NCBI GenBank assembly: GCA_964390645.1
Contig: CAYMLL010000010.1
Coordinates: 1 to 60,609, forward strand
Direction of reading: 5' to 3'
Length of the DNA: 60,609 bases
From: an uncultured Planctomycetia bacterium
GTDB taxonomy: Bacteria > Planctomycetota > UBA8108
In this document: in pieces, positions 1 through 9,964 of the stretch
Layout of the letters: each line of letters starts with the position of its first letter
How positions within the stretch are numbered: position 1 is the first letter of the stretch
The notes under the pieces: generated by a model
What the model was told of the DNA's origin: nothing
What the model saw: the letters and a program-made list of their open reading frames with translations, nothing else
The model's database searches: none
Program-made: the position numbers and the translations under genes

Positions 1-387
1 CACGGCGGGGGCGCGTGCTCCGGCAAGGATCGCAGCAAGGTGGATCGCAGCGCTGCGTAGATGGGGCGCCATATCGCGAAGAACGTCGTTGCATCCGGCC
101 TGGCCTCGATTTGCGAGGTGCAGCTCTCCTACGCGATCGGCGTCGCCGACCCGGTGTCCGTCCGTCTGGAGACCGAGGGCACCGCGAAGGTTCCGGAGGC
201 CCATATCGAGAAGCTGGTGCGGAAGCTCTTCCCGCTGAAGCCGAAGAGTATCATCGAGGCTCTCAACCTGCGCCGTCCGATCTACACGGACACCGCGCGA
301 TACGGTCACTTCGGCCGCAACGTCGACAACCTTCCCTGGGAGCTTACCGACAAGGCCGCCGTTCTGCGGGAAGAGGCCGGACTCTGA
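1..387 (+). CDS. metK: S-adenosylmethionine synthetase, C-terminal part (5' truncated by the window edge)
   Basis: Frame 1 reads [34 protein letters not shown]...[10 protein letters not shown]...TARYGHFGR, matching the MetK signature [20 protein letters not shown]. There is an in-frame TAG at 58-60 where Tyr is expected (see findings). Confidence 0.93.
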
Positions 388-626
388 CGGACGGCGCCCG
401 GCTCGCCTCCGCGGGCTGACGGTGCTCTGCCCTGCTGGGGCAGCCCCGACGGGGTGGCCCCGTGACAGAAACCCGGGGTCTGCCCATGGGGCGACTCTGC
501 TCGTCGTCCTTCGGCCGAGCGATAGCACGAGTAGCCCGGCCACAGGAACCGTGCACGAGGGCGAAGCTGGAGGCCAGTCCGGATGTCTCACTCATTTCGC
601 AGCAGGAAGCGGTGAAGAAATCAGGA

Positions 627-2339
627 CTAGTCCGCCGCTGCGCAAGCGGCGTGCTCCTCGCAGCCGAGGCCGTTTGAGCTGATACCGCATTCCGGGAACG
701 GACTGGCGGGAGGATCCTCGCCGCGGAAGAGGAATCCGAGGAGACCGATGCCGTCGCTGAGGTCGAGGATCCTGTTGCCGTTCTTGTCGGCGGCGTCGAA
801 ACAGAGGGGCACGGTCGAATCGTTGCCGAGAAAGAGGTACTGGAAGATCTGCACGGCGTCGGCGATGTCGACCCGTCCGTCGCCGCTCACGTCCCCGCGG
901 CTGAAGAAGACGCCGACCCTGGCACACTCGGGCGAGCGCGGGTACATGGCGACATCGGGAAGGACGTTGACTGTGGCCGCCCCGGGGATGACGTCGAACT
1001 CAGAGACGATCTCCTTGTGGAAGTCGCCGATCTGTGGGTCCTCACGCGCCTCCTCGCTCATCGAGAAGCGCACGAAGTACTCGCCCGGCGGCAAGACCGG
1101 GAACGTGAAAGACCCTGAAGGTCGGATCGTCTCGGTACGGACGAACCCCGGCTCCAGCTCGACCGTGACACCCGGGAGCCCCAGGCCGGTTCTGGCGTCG
1201 AGGACGCGACCGGTGAGGCCGCCGTTCTGCAGGTAGATCTTGCCATCGTGGAGACGTGGCTCGATGCTGTCGCCCTCGCCGACGACGAACGCGCTGTTGA
1301 GCGCACGCGGCGTATCGAGCTGCTCGAGCCTCAGGTCGATGCTCTCGTTCGCGGCGCAGTCCACGCTGTCCCAGATCGGCTCGAAGACGTACTCCATGAG
1401 GATCTGGGTCACGTCCTCGGTGTGTGCATCGATCGTCCTCGGCGGCTCGTCGAATGGCGGTAGACTGTCGGGGATCACAGCAGTTCGGACGCGACAGCCG
1501 TCGTCGTCCGTGAGGAGAAACTCGATGCGGTCCACGCTACCGATCGCGGCGGAGGAGATCACACCCTGTCCGATGCGAGCCCGCGTGGGGTCGAACACCG
1601 CCTTCGTGCAGTCGTACGACGTTGCGATGGAGAACGCGACCAGTGGGTCGGGGTGGCGTGCGAGCGCACGGATGGTCACCTGGGGCGACGCGTCACAGAA
1701 CGCGAGCTTACGCTCCAGCAGCAGGATGTTCTCGCCGTTGATGTGGAGCCTGCCGTCGACGAGGACTGGCACGACTGCGCGGCCCCGGTTGGAGAACTCG
1801 TTCGTGATCGACCGCGTGCCGACACCGTTGACGAGTCGAATCGGGTAGACCCCTTCGCGCGCGTGGGGGTGCACGTCGAAGTGCAGGCGAGCGATGACTC
1901 GCGGGTGCTCCAGCGCTTCCTGCGGCTCCATGCGGACGTTGTCGCCGAGCTCCGTCACACGGATGACTACGGCAAGCGTTCCCCAGCCCAGCGCGTTGTC
2001 GATCAGCGGGGCCTCGAAGGCCGGCTCGAGCGGCTCGACCGACGAGCCGCACGAGTCGAAGCGGACGAGACTGACGACGTTGGCCGGAAAGGTCACGGCG
2101 AGGCTGTACGCATCGACGGGGACATCGTTCGTCGCCGTGATCAGCATCTCGACTCCGTTGGCGCCCCGGACGCCCTCCGCGTCGCGAATCCGGACCCGGT
2201 TCTCCGCGTTGCCCGTGCTCGCCGAGAGGAGGAGGAACGCGAGTAGCACCGAGCCGAACCGAGCGCCCCGACGTGCCGACACGAGTATCCGAGAGTCGAC
2301 TCGGGGATAGTTCGAGCTCATCTTCTTGATTCCTTTCAC
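627..2339 (-). CDS. Secreted protein with two cohesin-like beta-sandwich domains, a carboxypeptidase-regulatory-like domain and a C-terminal dockerin-like domain
   Basis: N-terminal hydrophobic signal (FGSVLLAFLLLSASTGNA). Cohesin-like segments (VPVDAYSLAVTFPANVV; PLVAFSIATSYDC). GRVLDARTGLGLPGVTVEL...GSFTFPVLPPGEY is CarboxypepD_reg-like. The C-terminus is RGDVSGDGRVDIADAV...DAADKNGNRILDLSD. The GTG start overlaps the upstream stop (GTGA). Confidence 0.75.
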   Translation of the reverse strand: MKGIKKMSSNYPRVDSRILVSARRGARFGSVLLAFLLLSASTGNAENRVRIRDAEGVRGANGVEMLITATNDVPVDAYSLAVTFPANVVSLVRFDSCGSSVEPLEPAFEAPLIDNALGWGTLAVVIRVTELGDNVRMEPQEALEHPRVIARLHFDVHPHAREGVYPIRLVNGVGTRSITNEFSNRGRAVVPVLVDGRLHINGENILLLERKLAFCDASPQVTIRALARHPDPLVAFSIATSYDCTKAVFDPTRARIGQGVISSAAIGSVDRIEFLLTDDDGCRVRTAVIPDSLPPFDEPPRTIDAHTEDVTQILMEYVFEPIWDSVDCAANESIDLRLEQLDTPRALNSAFVVGEGDSIEPRLHDGKIYLQNGGLTGRVLDARTGLGLPGVTVELEPGFVRTETIRPSGSFTFPVLPPGEYFVRFSMSEEAREDPQIGDFHKEIVSEFDVIPGAATVNVLPDVAMYPRSPECARVGVFFSRGDVSGDGRVDIADAVQIFQYLFLGNDSTVPLCFDAADKNGNRILDLSDGIGLLGFLFRGEDPPASPFPECGISSNGLGCEEHAACAAAD

Positions 2340-4672
2340 GGCGCGTCTACGGGTGCCGCGCAGCCGATCAGGTCCGTCGAGGGATCCTGGCCCTCCTCGG
2401 GGAAGGGGGCAGGAAGAGGATCGCTGCCAGGAACGAGAAGCGCGTACAGCGAGTAGACGGGATCACTGATCGTCACTCCTCCGTCGTCGTTCGCGTCGGC
2501 GGCGTCCTGGCAAGTCATCTCTTCACCATTGCGGAAGAGGTACTCGAGCGTGTGGATGGGGTCGCTGAGGTTGACGGTGCCGTCTCGATTGGAGTCGCCG
2601 CGCACGAAGCGGTGACGGTCCGCCACGGTGGTCAGGAGTCGAACGATCACTCCGAGTCGCGGGACGGTCACCAGAATCGTATTGGCCGAGTGCTGGATAC
2701 CGCCGAGGAAGTCGTCATCGCTGTGGTCGGGCCCGAGACTCTCGAGGCTGACAGCGAGGTCGGACGCCAGCGAACACTGACCCGCAGGACCTTCGGGAAA
2801 TACCTCCCGGATCAAGGTGTTCCCACCGTCGAAGATCGTCGCGAGGAGGGTCTCCTTCGTCGGCTCGTAAGAAACTCCGCACTGGATGTCCAGACGCTCG
2901 AAGAACACCGACTGGGGCGAGCAGCTGTGGATCAGTGTGCCGTTGGGCCGGAACAGGAAGATCTGCCCGCTGTTCTTCTCCACGACGACGAGACGCTGCT
3001 CGAGAGACGTGTCACCGGGGACGAACGTCATGCCGCCGATTCGCGGCGCGGGTTCGCCGTCACCGGTCGGGAGCTGCAGGCCGATCGTCGTGATGTAGTT
3101 GCGCTCGGGGTCGTTCAGGTCAACGATTCGAATCCGGTTGTCGCTCGTGTTGGCGACGGCGAGCAGGTTCGTGAAGTTCGTTGGCGGGAACCCGAACTGC
3201 ATCGAGGGGATGTACGTGATTCCGCCGGGATTGGACCAGGGGCTCAGGAATACGCCGGGACCTACAGGTTCGAGGTCGGAGCCAAGCTGGTGGATGTTGC
3301 CGCCCACCGGGTCCGTGACGTAGAGCTCGCCGGTTGCCGGATCCTCGGTCACACCGAACACGCTGTCGCCAGGGACGACTGCCCAGTTGACGAGCCCACC
3401 GATTCCGACGAATATCTCGCACGCGCAGCTGGTATCACTCTGGACTCCCGCGGCGTTGGACGCATGTACAGCGTAAGTCGAGCGACCCTCGACCGGCAAT
3501 CTGTCGATGAACTCGATGGCGTCGCCCGCGACGGACGCCAGCGCGACGCCATTGCGAATGACCGTCAGCGGGCCGTCGTAGGTGCCGTCGTCTTGCGAGC
3601 CGTTGTTCTTCCAGCTCAGCAAAACGTGGTTCGACGGATCGAGCGTGCAGCCGAGCTCGGTCGGTGGCACGACCTCCCCGACGGTCTGCTCCAGGTGGTA
3701 GAGCAGACACCTCTCGGCCAGGACGAGCATCCGGCCCTCGATCACCGGGGGGGCGTTCTGGACGATCTCCCGGTATGCGGAGATGCCGCGGACGTCGATG
3801 TGGGGAACGTGTTGCAACGACATCTCGATTCCGGTGCGTCTACCGAACTGGATGTCTCCGATACGTTCGCCGTCGGGCAGGAGCTCGACGATCTTCGTCG
3901 GTCCCGGGCTGAGGACGTCACCCCAGGTGATGTAGAGCGCCTGGACCTCGTTGTCGAATGTCAGCCCCGTGCCTCGAATCACCGCCTGCTCGTTGTGTTC
4001 GCCCGGAATCGTGAACCACGTCGTCACTTCCCCCGCGAGGTTGATCTTGACGATCTCTCCGCTGCGCAGATCGCGCGAGAGGAAGTTGTTCTCGAGCGAG
4101 TTGTAGGTCAGGCCGTGAAGATCTCGCCCCGAGTCCTCCGGTGGAAGAGCGAACCCTCCGGCCCGGGAGCCGTCTCGAGTCACGGCCTGGACCTCGTAGC
4201 GGCGGTTCTGACGGTCGCCGATATTCGACAGGATGTAGAGCCGGCGGAATGCGGTATGGACGGCGATGCCACGGTTCAGCGTCAGGTCGTTGGACGGGAT
4301 CGCGCCGGTCGGGTGGGGATTCGGAATCGTCCCGATCAGTTCGCCGCTGGTTCCGATGTGATAGATCCGGTGGTGGCGCTCCGCGCCTCCATGGGCACCG
4401 AGCACCCAGTGGGACCCGTCGCTCGGATCGGAGTCGACGTCGATCAGTTCGGGGCGGGGACCGGCGTCCTGGTGGACTCCATCTCCCAGGAACACGAGGT
4501 CCCCGTTCCCGGCGATCGCGGAGCTCGCCGTGAGCCCGACGAGAGCCGTGAATCCGACGAGAAGGGCGCGCCAATGGGAGCCGCGGGGAATCTCGGATGC
4601 GAGGAACAGAGGGCCGGAGGTTCGGCGCGTTTGCGCACGAGAGCCATGCCTTCTGCGGTCGCGGAAAAACAT
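2336..4672 (-). CDS. Secreted multi-domain protein (two beta-propeller-like regions, FN3/Ig-like domain, C-terminal dockerin-like domain)
   Basis: Long ORF with high GC3 and a signal-like stretch (RALLVGFTALVGLTASSAIAG). Propeller-type repeats (GLTYNS, GLTFDNE, GVTEDPATGELYVTD). C-terminal RGDSNRDGTVNLSD...DAADANDDGGVTISD. I chose ATG 4672 over the track's 4870 start; the start is uncertain. Confidence 0.75.
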   Translation of the reverse strand: MFFRDRRRHGSRAQTRRTSGPLFLASEIPRGSHWRALLVGFTALVGLTASSAIAGNGDLVFLGDGVHQDAGPRPELIDVDSDPSDGSHWVLGAHGGAERHHRIYHIGTSGELIGTIPNPHPTGAIPSNDLTLNRGIAVHTAFRRLYILSNIGDRQNRRYEVQAVTRDGSRAGGFALPPEDSGRDLHGLTYNSLENNFLSRDLRSGEIVKINLAGEVTTWFTIPGEHNEQAVIRGTGLTFDNEVQALYITWGDVLSPGPTKIVELLPDGERIGDIQFGRRTGIEMSLQHVPHIDVRGISAYREIVQNAPPVIEGRMLVLAERCLLYHLEQTVGEVVPPTELGCTLDPSNHVLLSWKNNGSQDDGTYDGPLTVIRNGVALASVAGDAIEFIDRLPVEGRSTYAVHASNAAGVQSDTSCACEIFVGIGGLVNWAVVPGDSVFGVTEDPATGELYVTDPVGGNIHQLGSDLEPVGPGVFLSPWSNPGGITYIPSMQFGFPPTNFTNLLAVANTSDNRIRIVDLNDPERNYITTIGLQLPTGDGEPAPRIGGMTFVPGDTSLEQRLVVVEKNSGQIFLFRPNGTLIHSCSPQSVFFERLDIQCGVSYEPTKETLLATIFDGGNTLIREVFPEGPAGQCSLASDLAVSLESLGPDHSDDDFLGGIQHSANTILVTVPRLGVIVRLLTTVADRHRFVRGDSNRDGTVNLSDPIHTLEYLFRNGEEMTCQDAADANDDGGVTISDPVYSLYALLVPGSDPLPAPFPEEGQDPSTDLIGCAAPVDAP

Positions 4673-5509
4673 CTCGAAATCAGTCTCCTCGGTACTTCGT
4701 TTTCCGGTGCGTCGGGCGACCGGCTGGCCGTTTCTGAGGTCCTTCGAGGGGCACCTCCGAGCCTCGTCGGATACCGGCTGATCTTGGCGAGCTGATTCGA
4801 CGTCACGAACGAAGCCGAACCAAGCTTGTGGGCTCACCCTGGGGAAACCACGAGACAGCCGGCCAAGCACCCCGCTCAGCGGGTCGTTCTGCGCGTGGCC
4901 GAGCGTCGTCGGGAGGACGAGTCTTGTGAGGAGATCTTGTTACATTCAACCCAGGAATCCCACCGAGATCTCGGCGGAAGCCGGAGTATAGCTCCTTACT
5001 CGAAATGATCCAACCATAATCCCACACTCTCAGGGGTCGGCGCCAGCGTCACGACCGTCGTCGACGGAGTCGCCTCGCACCGGACCTTCGACGGGCTCGA
5101 GCAGCCCGTTGAAAGCGTCAATCCGGCGTCAACACGGCCGTTTCGACCGGGCTCCTGGTGGCCAGAACTCGGCGATGCACGTCACCGTCCGCGTTCCGGC
5201 GTCTCGATCCGGGACGAAACGGCTCGCCGCGCATCGGAAGCACTTCTTCAACAGGCTGCCAGGTTATGGCAGAGTAGTATCGAACCCGGATTCACGGTCG
5301 ATTCACCGGCTGCGTCCACAGGACGCGCCACGCCCCGCCGGGCTCGCGTCGAACCTGTCCGGGGCCGGTGTCTCGGAAACGTCCGGGTCGAGAAACCTCT
5401 CCATCGTACCGTCTGGGAGCCCGGAATTGAGTCGCCTTGTCGTCAGTTTTTTCCCCCGGATCCGGCCTCGGGTTTGCCGCACGGCGCTGCCGACGCGCAG
5501 GGGGGCGCG

Positions 5510-6121
5510 GTGAGGATCGGGATCCTTGGCGGGACCTTTAACCCCTTGCACCTCGGTCACTTGTCGCTTGCCGAGGCGGCCTCAGGGGCGCACCGGCTGG
5601 ACCGGGTGCTCCTGGTTCCGGCCCGCGAGCCGCCGCACAAGCCGGGCCTGGAGCTCGCCGCGGCCGGCGACCGCATGGAGATCGTCGAGCGGGGCGTGCG
5701 CGGGCGTTCCGGGCTGGAGGCCTGTTCGGTGGAGCTCGACCGGCCCGGACCGAGCTACACCGTCGACACGCTGGAGGAGCTCGGGAGACGCTACCCGGGC
5801 GCGGAGCTCATGCTCCTGGTCGGCGCGGACGCCTTCGCCGACATGGGCTCCTGGAGAGATGTGAGCCGCATCTTCGATCTCGCCCGGGTCATCGTCGTCG
5901 ACCGGGCCTGCCACCCCCTGCCTCGGGTCCCACGGCTACCCGGGCTTTCGCAGGACGTGATCACTCGCTGTCAGCGCGATCGCGTGGCGATGGAGCCGGT
6001 CGCGGTGTCCAGCACCGGGGTCCGCGAGCGGATCGCTGCCGGAAGGTCGATCTCGGGGCTCGTGCCCGACTCGGTCGCCGCGTACATCGAGGAGCGGGGG
6101 CTCTACCGCGGCGCCTGCTGA
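5510..6121 (+). CDS. nadD: Nicotinate-nucleotide adenylyltransferase
   Basis: RIGILGGTFNPLHLGH (HxGH), PPHK, GPSYTVDTL, LVGAD, VSSTGVRERI motifs. GTG start at 5510. Confidence 0.95.
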   Translation: MRIGILGGTFNPLHLGHLSLAEAASGAHRLDRVLLVPAREPPHKPGLELAAAGDRMEIVERGVRGRSGLEACSVELDRPGPSYTVDTLEELGRRYPGAELMLLVGADAFADMGSWRDVSRIFDLARVIVVDRACHPLPRVPRLPGLSQDVITRCQRDRVAMEPVAVSSTGVRERIAAGRSISGLVPDSVAAYIEERGLYRGAC

Positions 6122-6225
6122 GCAGCCTCGCGCTCAAATCGCAAACTATTGTGCTGGCAACTCTTGCGTGTCCACCGGGCAGATTTCTCCCTTGCAGGGC
6201 GAAGCTCCACGGCTATCCTAACAGC

Positions 6226-7371
6226 GTGGTTTCCACCGTCGGCATCCCGCGCGAAATCAAGGAGGACGAGGGCCGCGTCGCCCTGGCGCCCGCGGGTGCC
6301 CATCAGCTCCGGCAGTCGGGGCACCGGGTGCTCCTGCAGAGTGGCGCCGGTGCCACCAGCGGCATCGCCGACGACGAGTTCGCGAGCGCCGGAGCCGACA
6401 TCGTCGAGAGCGCCGAGGAGATCTACGCGCAGAGCGACATCATCGTCAAGGTCAAGGAGCCCCTGTCGTCGGAGTACGCTCTCGTGCGTCCGGGCCAGAT
6501 CCTCTTCACGTTCTTTCACTTCGCCGCGTCGCGTGAGCTGACGGAGGCGATGCTTCGTAGCGGCGCCAGCTGTATCGCCTACGAGACGATTCGGGATCGT
6601 GGCGGGGGGCTGCCGATTCTCACGCCGATGAGCGAGGTCGCCGGGCGCATGGCGGTCTTCGAGGGCTCGAAGCACCTCGAGAGCCCTTCCGGCGGTCGCG
6701 GTGTGCTGATCTGCGGCGTTCCGGGCGTCGAGCCGGCGAAGGTGGTGATCCTCGGCGGCGGCATCGTCGGGCTCAACGCCGCCAAGATTGCCGCCGGCGT
6801 CGGTGCCCAGGTGTCGATCTTCGACATCTCGCACGAGCGACTGCGCTACCTCGATGATGTCCTCCCGGCAAATGTCACGACGCTGTATTCCAACCCCCTG
6901 GTGGTGCGCAAGAAGGTCTGGCAGGCCGACCTCGTCGTCGGTGCCGTCCTTCTGGCCGGAGCCAAGGCGCCCGTGCTGGTGACCCGGGACGACGTGAATC
7001 GCATGAAGAACCGCTCGGTGGTGGTGGACGTTGCCGTCGATCAGGGCGGCTGCATCGAGACGTGTCGTCCGACGACTCACTCCGACCCGACCTACATCGA
7101 GGAGGGGGTCCTCCACTACTGCGTGGCGAACATGCCGGGGGCGGTGGCCCGGACCTCGACCTTCGCGTTGACCAACGTGACCCTTCCGTATCTCGAGGTT
7201 CTCGCCGGGGACGGGCTCGGTGGGTTCCTTCGACACGGTCCTCATGTGGCCGAGGGCTTGAACGTGTACGCTGGCCGGGTATACCACGAGGGTGTGGCGA
7301 GCGCTTTCGGGATGCCGCTGGCGTCCACGAGCACACTCCTCGAAGCTGTCGGGTCTGCTCCCGGCAGCTGA
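6226..7371 (+). CDS. ald: Alanine dehydrogenase
   Basis: VGIPREIKEDEGRVAL, VKVKEP, FTFFHFAA, MSEVAGRM, GGGIVG, DVAVDQGGC, HYCVANMPGAV motifs. GTG start chosen at 6226. Confidence 0.96.
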   Translation: MVSTVGIPREIKEDEGRVALAPAGAHQLRQSGHRVLLQSGAGATSGIADDEFASAGADIVESAEEIYAQSDIIVKVKEPLSSEYALVRPGQILFTFFHFAASRELTEAMLRSGASCIAYETIRDRGGGLPILTPMSEVAGRMAVFEGSKHLESPSGGRGVLICGVPGVEPAKVVILGGGIVGLNAAKIAAGVGAQVSIFDISHERLRYLDDVLPANVTTLYSNPLVVRKKVWQADLVVGAVLLAGAKAPVLVTRDDVNRMKNRSVVVDVAVDQGGCIETCRPTTHSDPTYIEEGVLHYCVANMPGAVARTSTFALTNVTLPYLEVLAGDGLGGFLRHGPHVAEGLNVYAGRVYHEGVASAFGMPLASTSTLLEAVGSAPGS

Positions 7372-7396
7372 GCGAACGGAAACGGACGACGCGGCG

Positions 7397-8401
7397 ATGG
7401 GGACGAAAGCCCCGCTAGAGCTCAACACGATTTACTCTCCGGTCGAAGCCGACCTGAGGGCGCTCGACCGCTTCCTGGCGGCGGAGTTCGAGTCTCGCGA
7501 GCCGTTCATCCACGAAATCTTGCGACATATCGCCCAGTTTCGCGGCAAGCAGATTCGTCCCGCTCTTCTCTTTCTCTGTACACGTCTTGTCGGTGGAGAT
7601 GTCGGCGCTGACGCGATCAAGATCGGCGCCGTCCTCGAGCTCGTCCACACCGCCACGCTCGTTCACGACGATCTTCTCGACGGTGCGCTGATGCGTCGGC
7701 GTGTCAACACCGTCCACGAGCGCTGGGGCGATCGGCCGGCGATTCTCATCGGTGACTACATCTACTCGCGTGCCTTCGAGCTGTCGACACAGGTCGAGGG
7801 CATGGCGACAGTGCTGTCGCGCGCGACGCACACGATCTGCGAAGGTGAGCTGCTGCAGATCGGCTATCGACGTCGACCCGATGTCACCGAAGCCACGTAC
7901 TTCGAGATCATCCGCAAGAAGACCGCGATCCTGCACTCGGTGGCCTGTGAGCTCGGCGGAACGTTCGCGGGGCTCGACCGGGCTCTCAGCGTCGAGCTCG
8001 GGACGATCGGGCTCAAGCTCGGAATGGCTTTCCAGGTCATCGACGACTGCCTCGATTACGCCGGTGAGGAGGAGGTTGTCGGCAAGAGCCTCGGCACAGA
8101 TCTCCGGCAGGGCAAGCTGACGCTGCCTCTCATCTACCTGCGCGACACTCTCACGGGAGACGAATCGAGCTGGCTGCGCGATGCCATCGCGCGTCCGATC
8201 GACGCGGCGATCGAGCGCCGCATTCGCCAGCGCGTGATCGAGTCCGGGGTGCTCGCCTCATCCTTCGCCCGCGCCGAGGTCTTCGTCGAGGAAGCGCGTC
8301 AGACGCTTCGTGGGCTCGAGGCGGCCGGTATCGATCTATCTGCCGCGGCGAAGACGAGCCTCGAGCTTGCGGCCGGCTACGTGCTCAGGCGGCAGAGGTA
8401 G
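7397..8401 (+). CDS. Polyprenyl diphosphate synthase (IspB/HepT-like)
   Basis: GKQIRP, two aspartate-rich motifs (LVHDDLLD; FQVIDDCLD), RKKTA, GKSLGTDLRQGKLTLP. Confidence 0.92.
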   Translation: MGTKAPLELNTIYSPVEADLRALDRFLAAEFESREPFIHEILRHIAQFRGKQIRPALLFLCTRLVGGDVGADAIKIGAVLELVHTATLVHDDLLDGALMRRRVNTVHERWGDRPAILIGDYIYSRAFELSTQVEGMATVLSRATHTICEGELLQIGYRRRPDVTEATYFEIIRKKTAILHSVACELGGTFAGLDRALSVELGTIGLKLGMAFQVIDDCLDYAGEEEVVGKSLGTDLRQGKLTLPLIYLRDTLTGDESSWLRDAIARPIDAAIERRIRQRVIESGVLASSFARAEVFVEEARQTLRGLEAAGIDLSAAAKTSLELAAGYVLRRQR

Positions 8402-8431
8402 GCGATCGAGGCAGGCGACCCCCGCGAGAGC

Positions 8432-8935
8432 TCATGCTCCTCGCATCCACTTCCCCGACTTCCCGCCTTGCTTCTCCACGAGCTCGATCGCCTCGATCGA
8501 CATGCCTCGATCGATCGCCTTGCACATGTCGTAGACCGTCAGTGCGGTGACGGCAGCGGCGGTGAGGGCCTCCATCTCGACACCGGTGCGGGCCTGCACG
8601 CGCGCCTCGGTCGTGATCTCGAGGACGGAGTCGTCAGCTCGCACGCCGACGGTGTCGATCCACCGGAATACGACGTCGATATGATCGAGCCCCAGCGGAT
8701 GGCAGAGCGGAATCAGCTCGCCGGTACGCTTTGCGGCCTGGATGCCGGCGACTCGCGCAACGGCGAGGACGTCGCCTTTGGCGCTCTCGCCGCAAGTCAC
8801 GGCATCGTGTGTTGCACGCTGCATCCGGACACGGGCTCGAGCGCGTGCGCTTCGCGAGGTGACGGGCTTGCCGCCGACATCGACCATGCGGGCTTCACCG
8901 TCGGGCGAAATGTGAGAGAGTCCGGAGTCGTTCAC
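8432..8935 (-). CDS. moaC: Cyclic pyranopterin monophosphate synthase MoaC
   Basis: LSHISPDGEARMVDV, KGDVLAVARVAGIQAAKRT, LIPLCHP, TGVEMEAL, YDMCKAID. The GTG at 8935 overlaps the folD TGA. Confidence 0.96.
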   Translation of the reverse strand: MNDSGLSHISPDGEARMVDVGGKPVTSRSARARARVRMQRATHDAVTCGESAKGDVLAVARVAGIQAAKRTGELIPLCHPLGLDHIDVVFRWIDTVGVRADDSVLEITTEARVQARTGVEMEALTAAAVTALTVYDMCKAIDRGMSIEAIELVEKQGGKSGKWMRGA

Positions 8936-9789
8936 GATTCCTCTTCGAGCGTTTGCCGCGCACAGACGAGTGTGTTGCGCGCCAGCATCGCAACGGTGAT
9001 CGGTCCGACGCCACCGGGTACCGGCGTGATCCATCCGGCCTTCGCGGCGACGTCGTCATAGGCCACGTCGCCGACTATGCCCTCGTCGATGCGGTTGATG
9101 CCGACATCGATAACGATCGCTCCCTCGGAGATGATGTCGCCTGTTACCAGACCCGGTTTGCCTACCGCGACGACGACGACGTCCGCCTCGCGCGTGTGAC
9201 GTGCGAGATCGTGCGTCGCGATGTGGCAAGTCGTGAGAGTCGCCATCTCGCGCAGCAGGCAGAGTCCGACGGGCTTGCCGACGATGTCGCTGTGGCCGAC
9301 GATGCACACGTGCTTGCCTTCGATGTCGACGTTGGTCGATTCGATGGCCTCGAGCACGGCGAGCGCCGTGCAGGGGCCGACCGCGTGGCGGTTGTAGATC
9401 AGCCGTCCGAGGTTCGCGGGGTTGACTCCCTCGACGTCTTTCGCCGACGTGATGCGCTCCTGAATCGTGTGTGAAACGATCGCTTCGGGCAGAGGCATCG
9501 TCAAGATGATCCCCGACACCATCGGGTTCGAGTTCAGGAAGTCGATATGGGTGAGGAGCCCGTCGGCTGTTGTCGAGGCGTCGAGATGAAGAAAGGTGAA
9601 CTGGATTCCGAGGTCCGAGAAGCGCTTCTTCTGACGACGGACATAGACGCCGCTCGCCTCGTTGTCGCCGACCTGTACAGCCACGAGATGAGGAATCTTG
9701 CCGCGGTTCCGTAACTCGGCGACGCCGGCCTTGACGTCGGTGTAGATTTTCCGGGCTATAGCGTTTCCGTCGATAACCTTTGCGGGCAC
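8932..9789 (-). CDS. folD: FolD-family methylenetetrahydrofolate dehydrogenase (cyclohydrolase residues substituted)
   Basis: VIDGNAIA, LVAVQVGDNEAS, KDVEG, IVGKP, TCHIAT, VIDVGINR, GDV, ITPVPGGVGPITVAML. GTG start at 9789. Confidence 0.92.
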   Translation of the reverse strand: MPAKVIDGNAIARKIYTDVKAGVAELRNRGKIPHLVAVQVGDNEASGVYVRRQKKRFSDLGIQFTFLHLDASTTADGLLTHIDFLNSNPMVSGIILTMPLPEAIVSHTIQERITSAKDVEGVNPANLGRLIYNRHAVGPCTALAVLEAIESTNVDIEGKHVCIVGHSDIVGKPVGLCLLREMATLTTCHIATHDLARHTREADVVVVAVGKPGLVTGDIISEGAIVIDVGINRIDEGIVGDVAYDDVAAKAGWITPVPGGVGPITVAMLARNTLVCARQTLEEES

Positions 9790-9964
9790 GAGAGGATCTC
9801 CGGGTGAGGACAAGGAGGGAGTATAACGTAAGCGGGCGGACTCGTCGTCCTTGTTCGGTCCCGTCTCCGACGCGATCCGGGGTCGAGGCTTGGACACCCG
9901 CTCCTGTCGCGACTACAATTCCTCCGTTCCTTCCTTCCGAGCCGGTGGACTCTCGGTATCTACG

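Noticed and set aside
6155-6170. TGGCA...TTGC upstream of ald, resembling a sigma54 promoter
   Set aside because: Only 8 nt lie between GG and GC; sigma54 requires 10.
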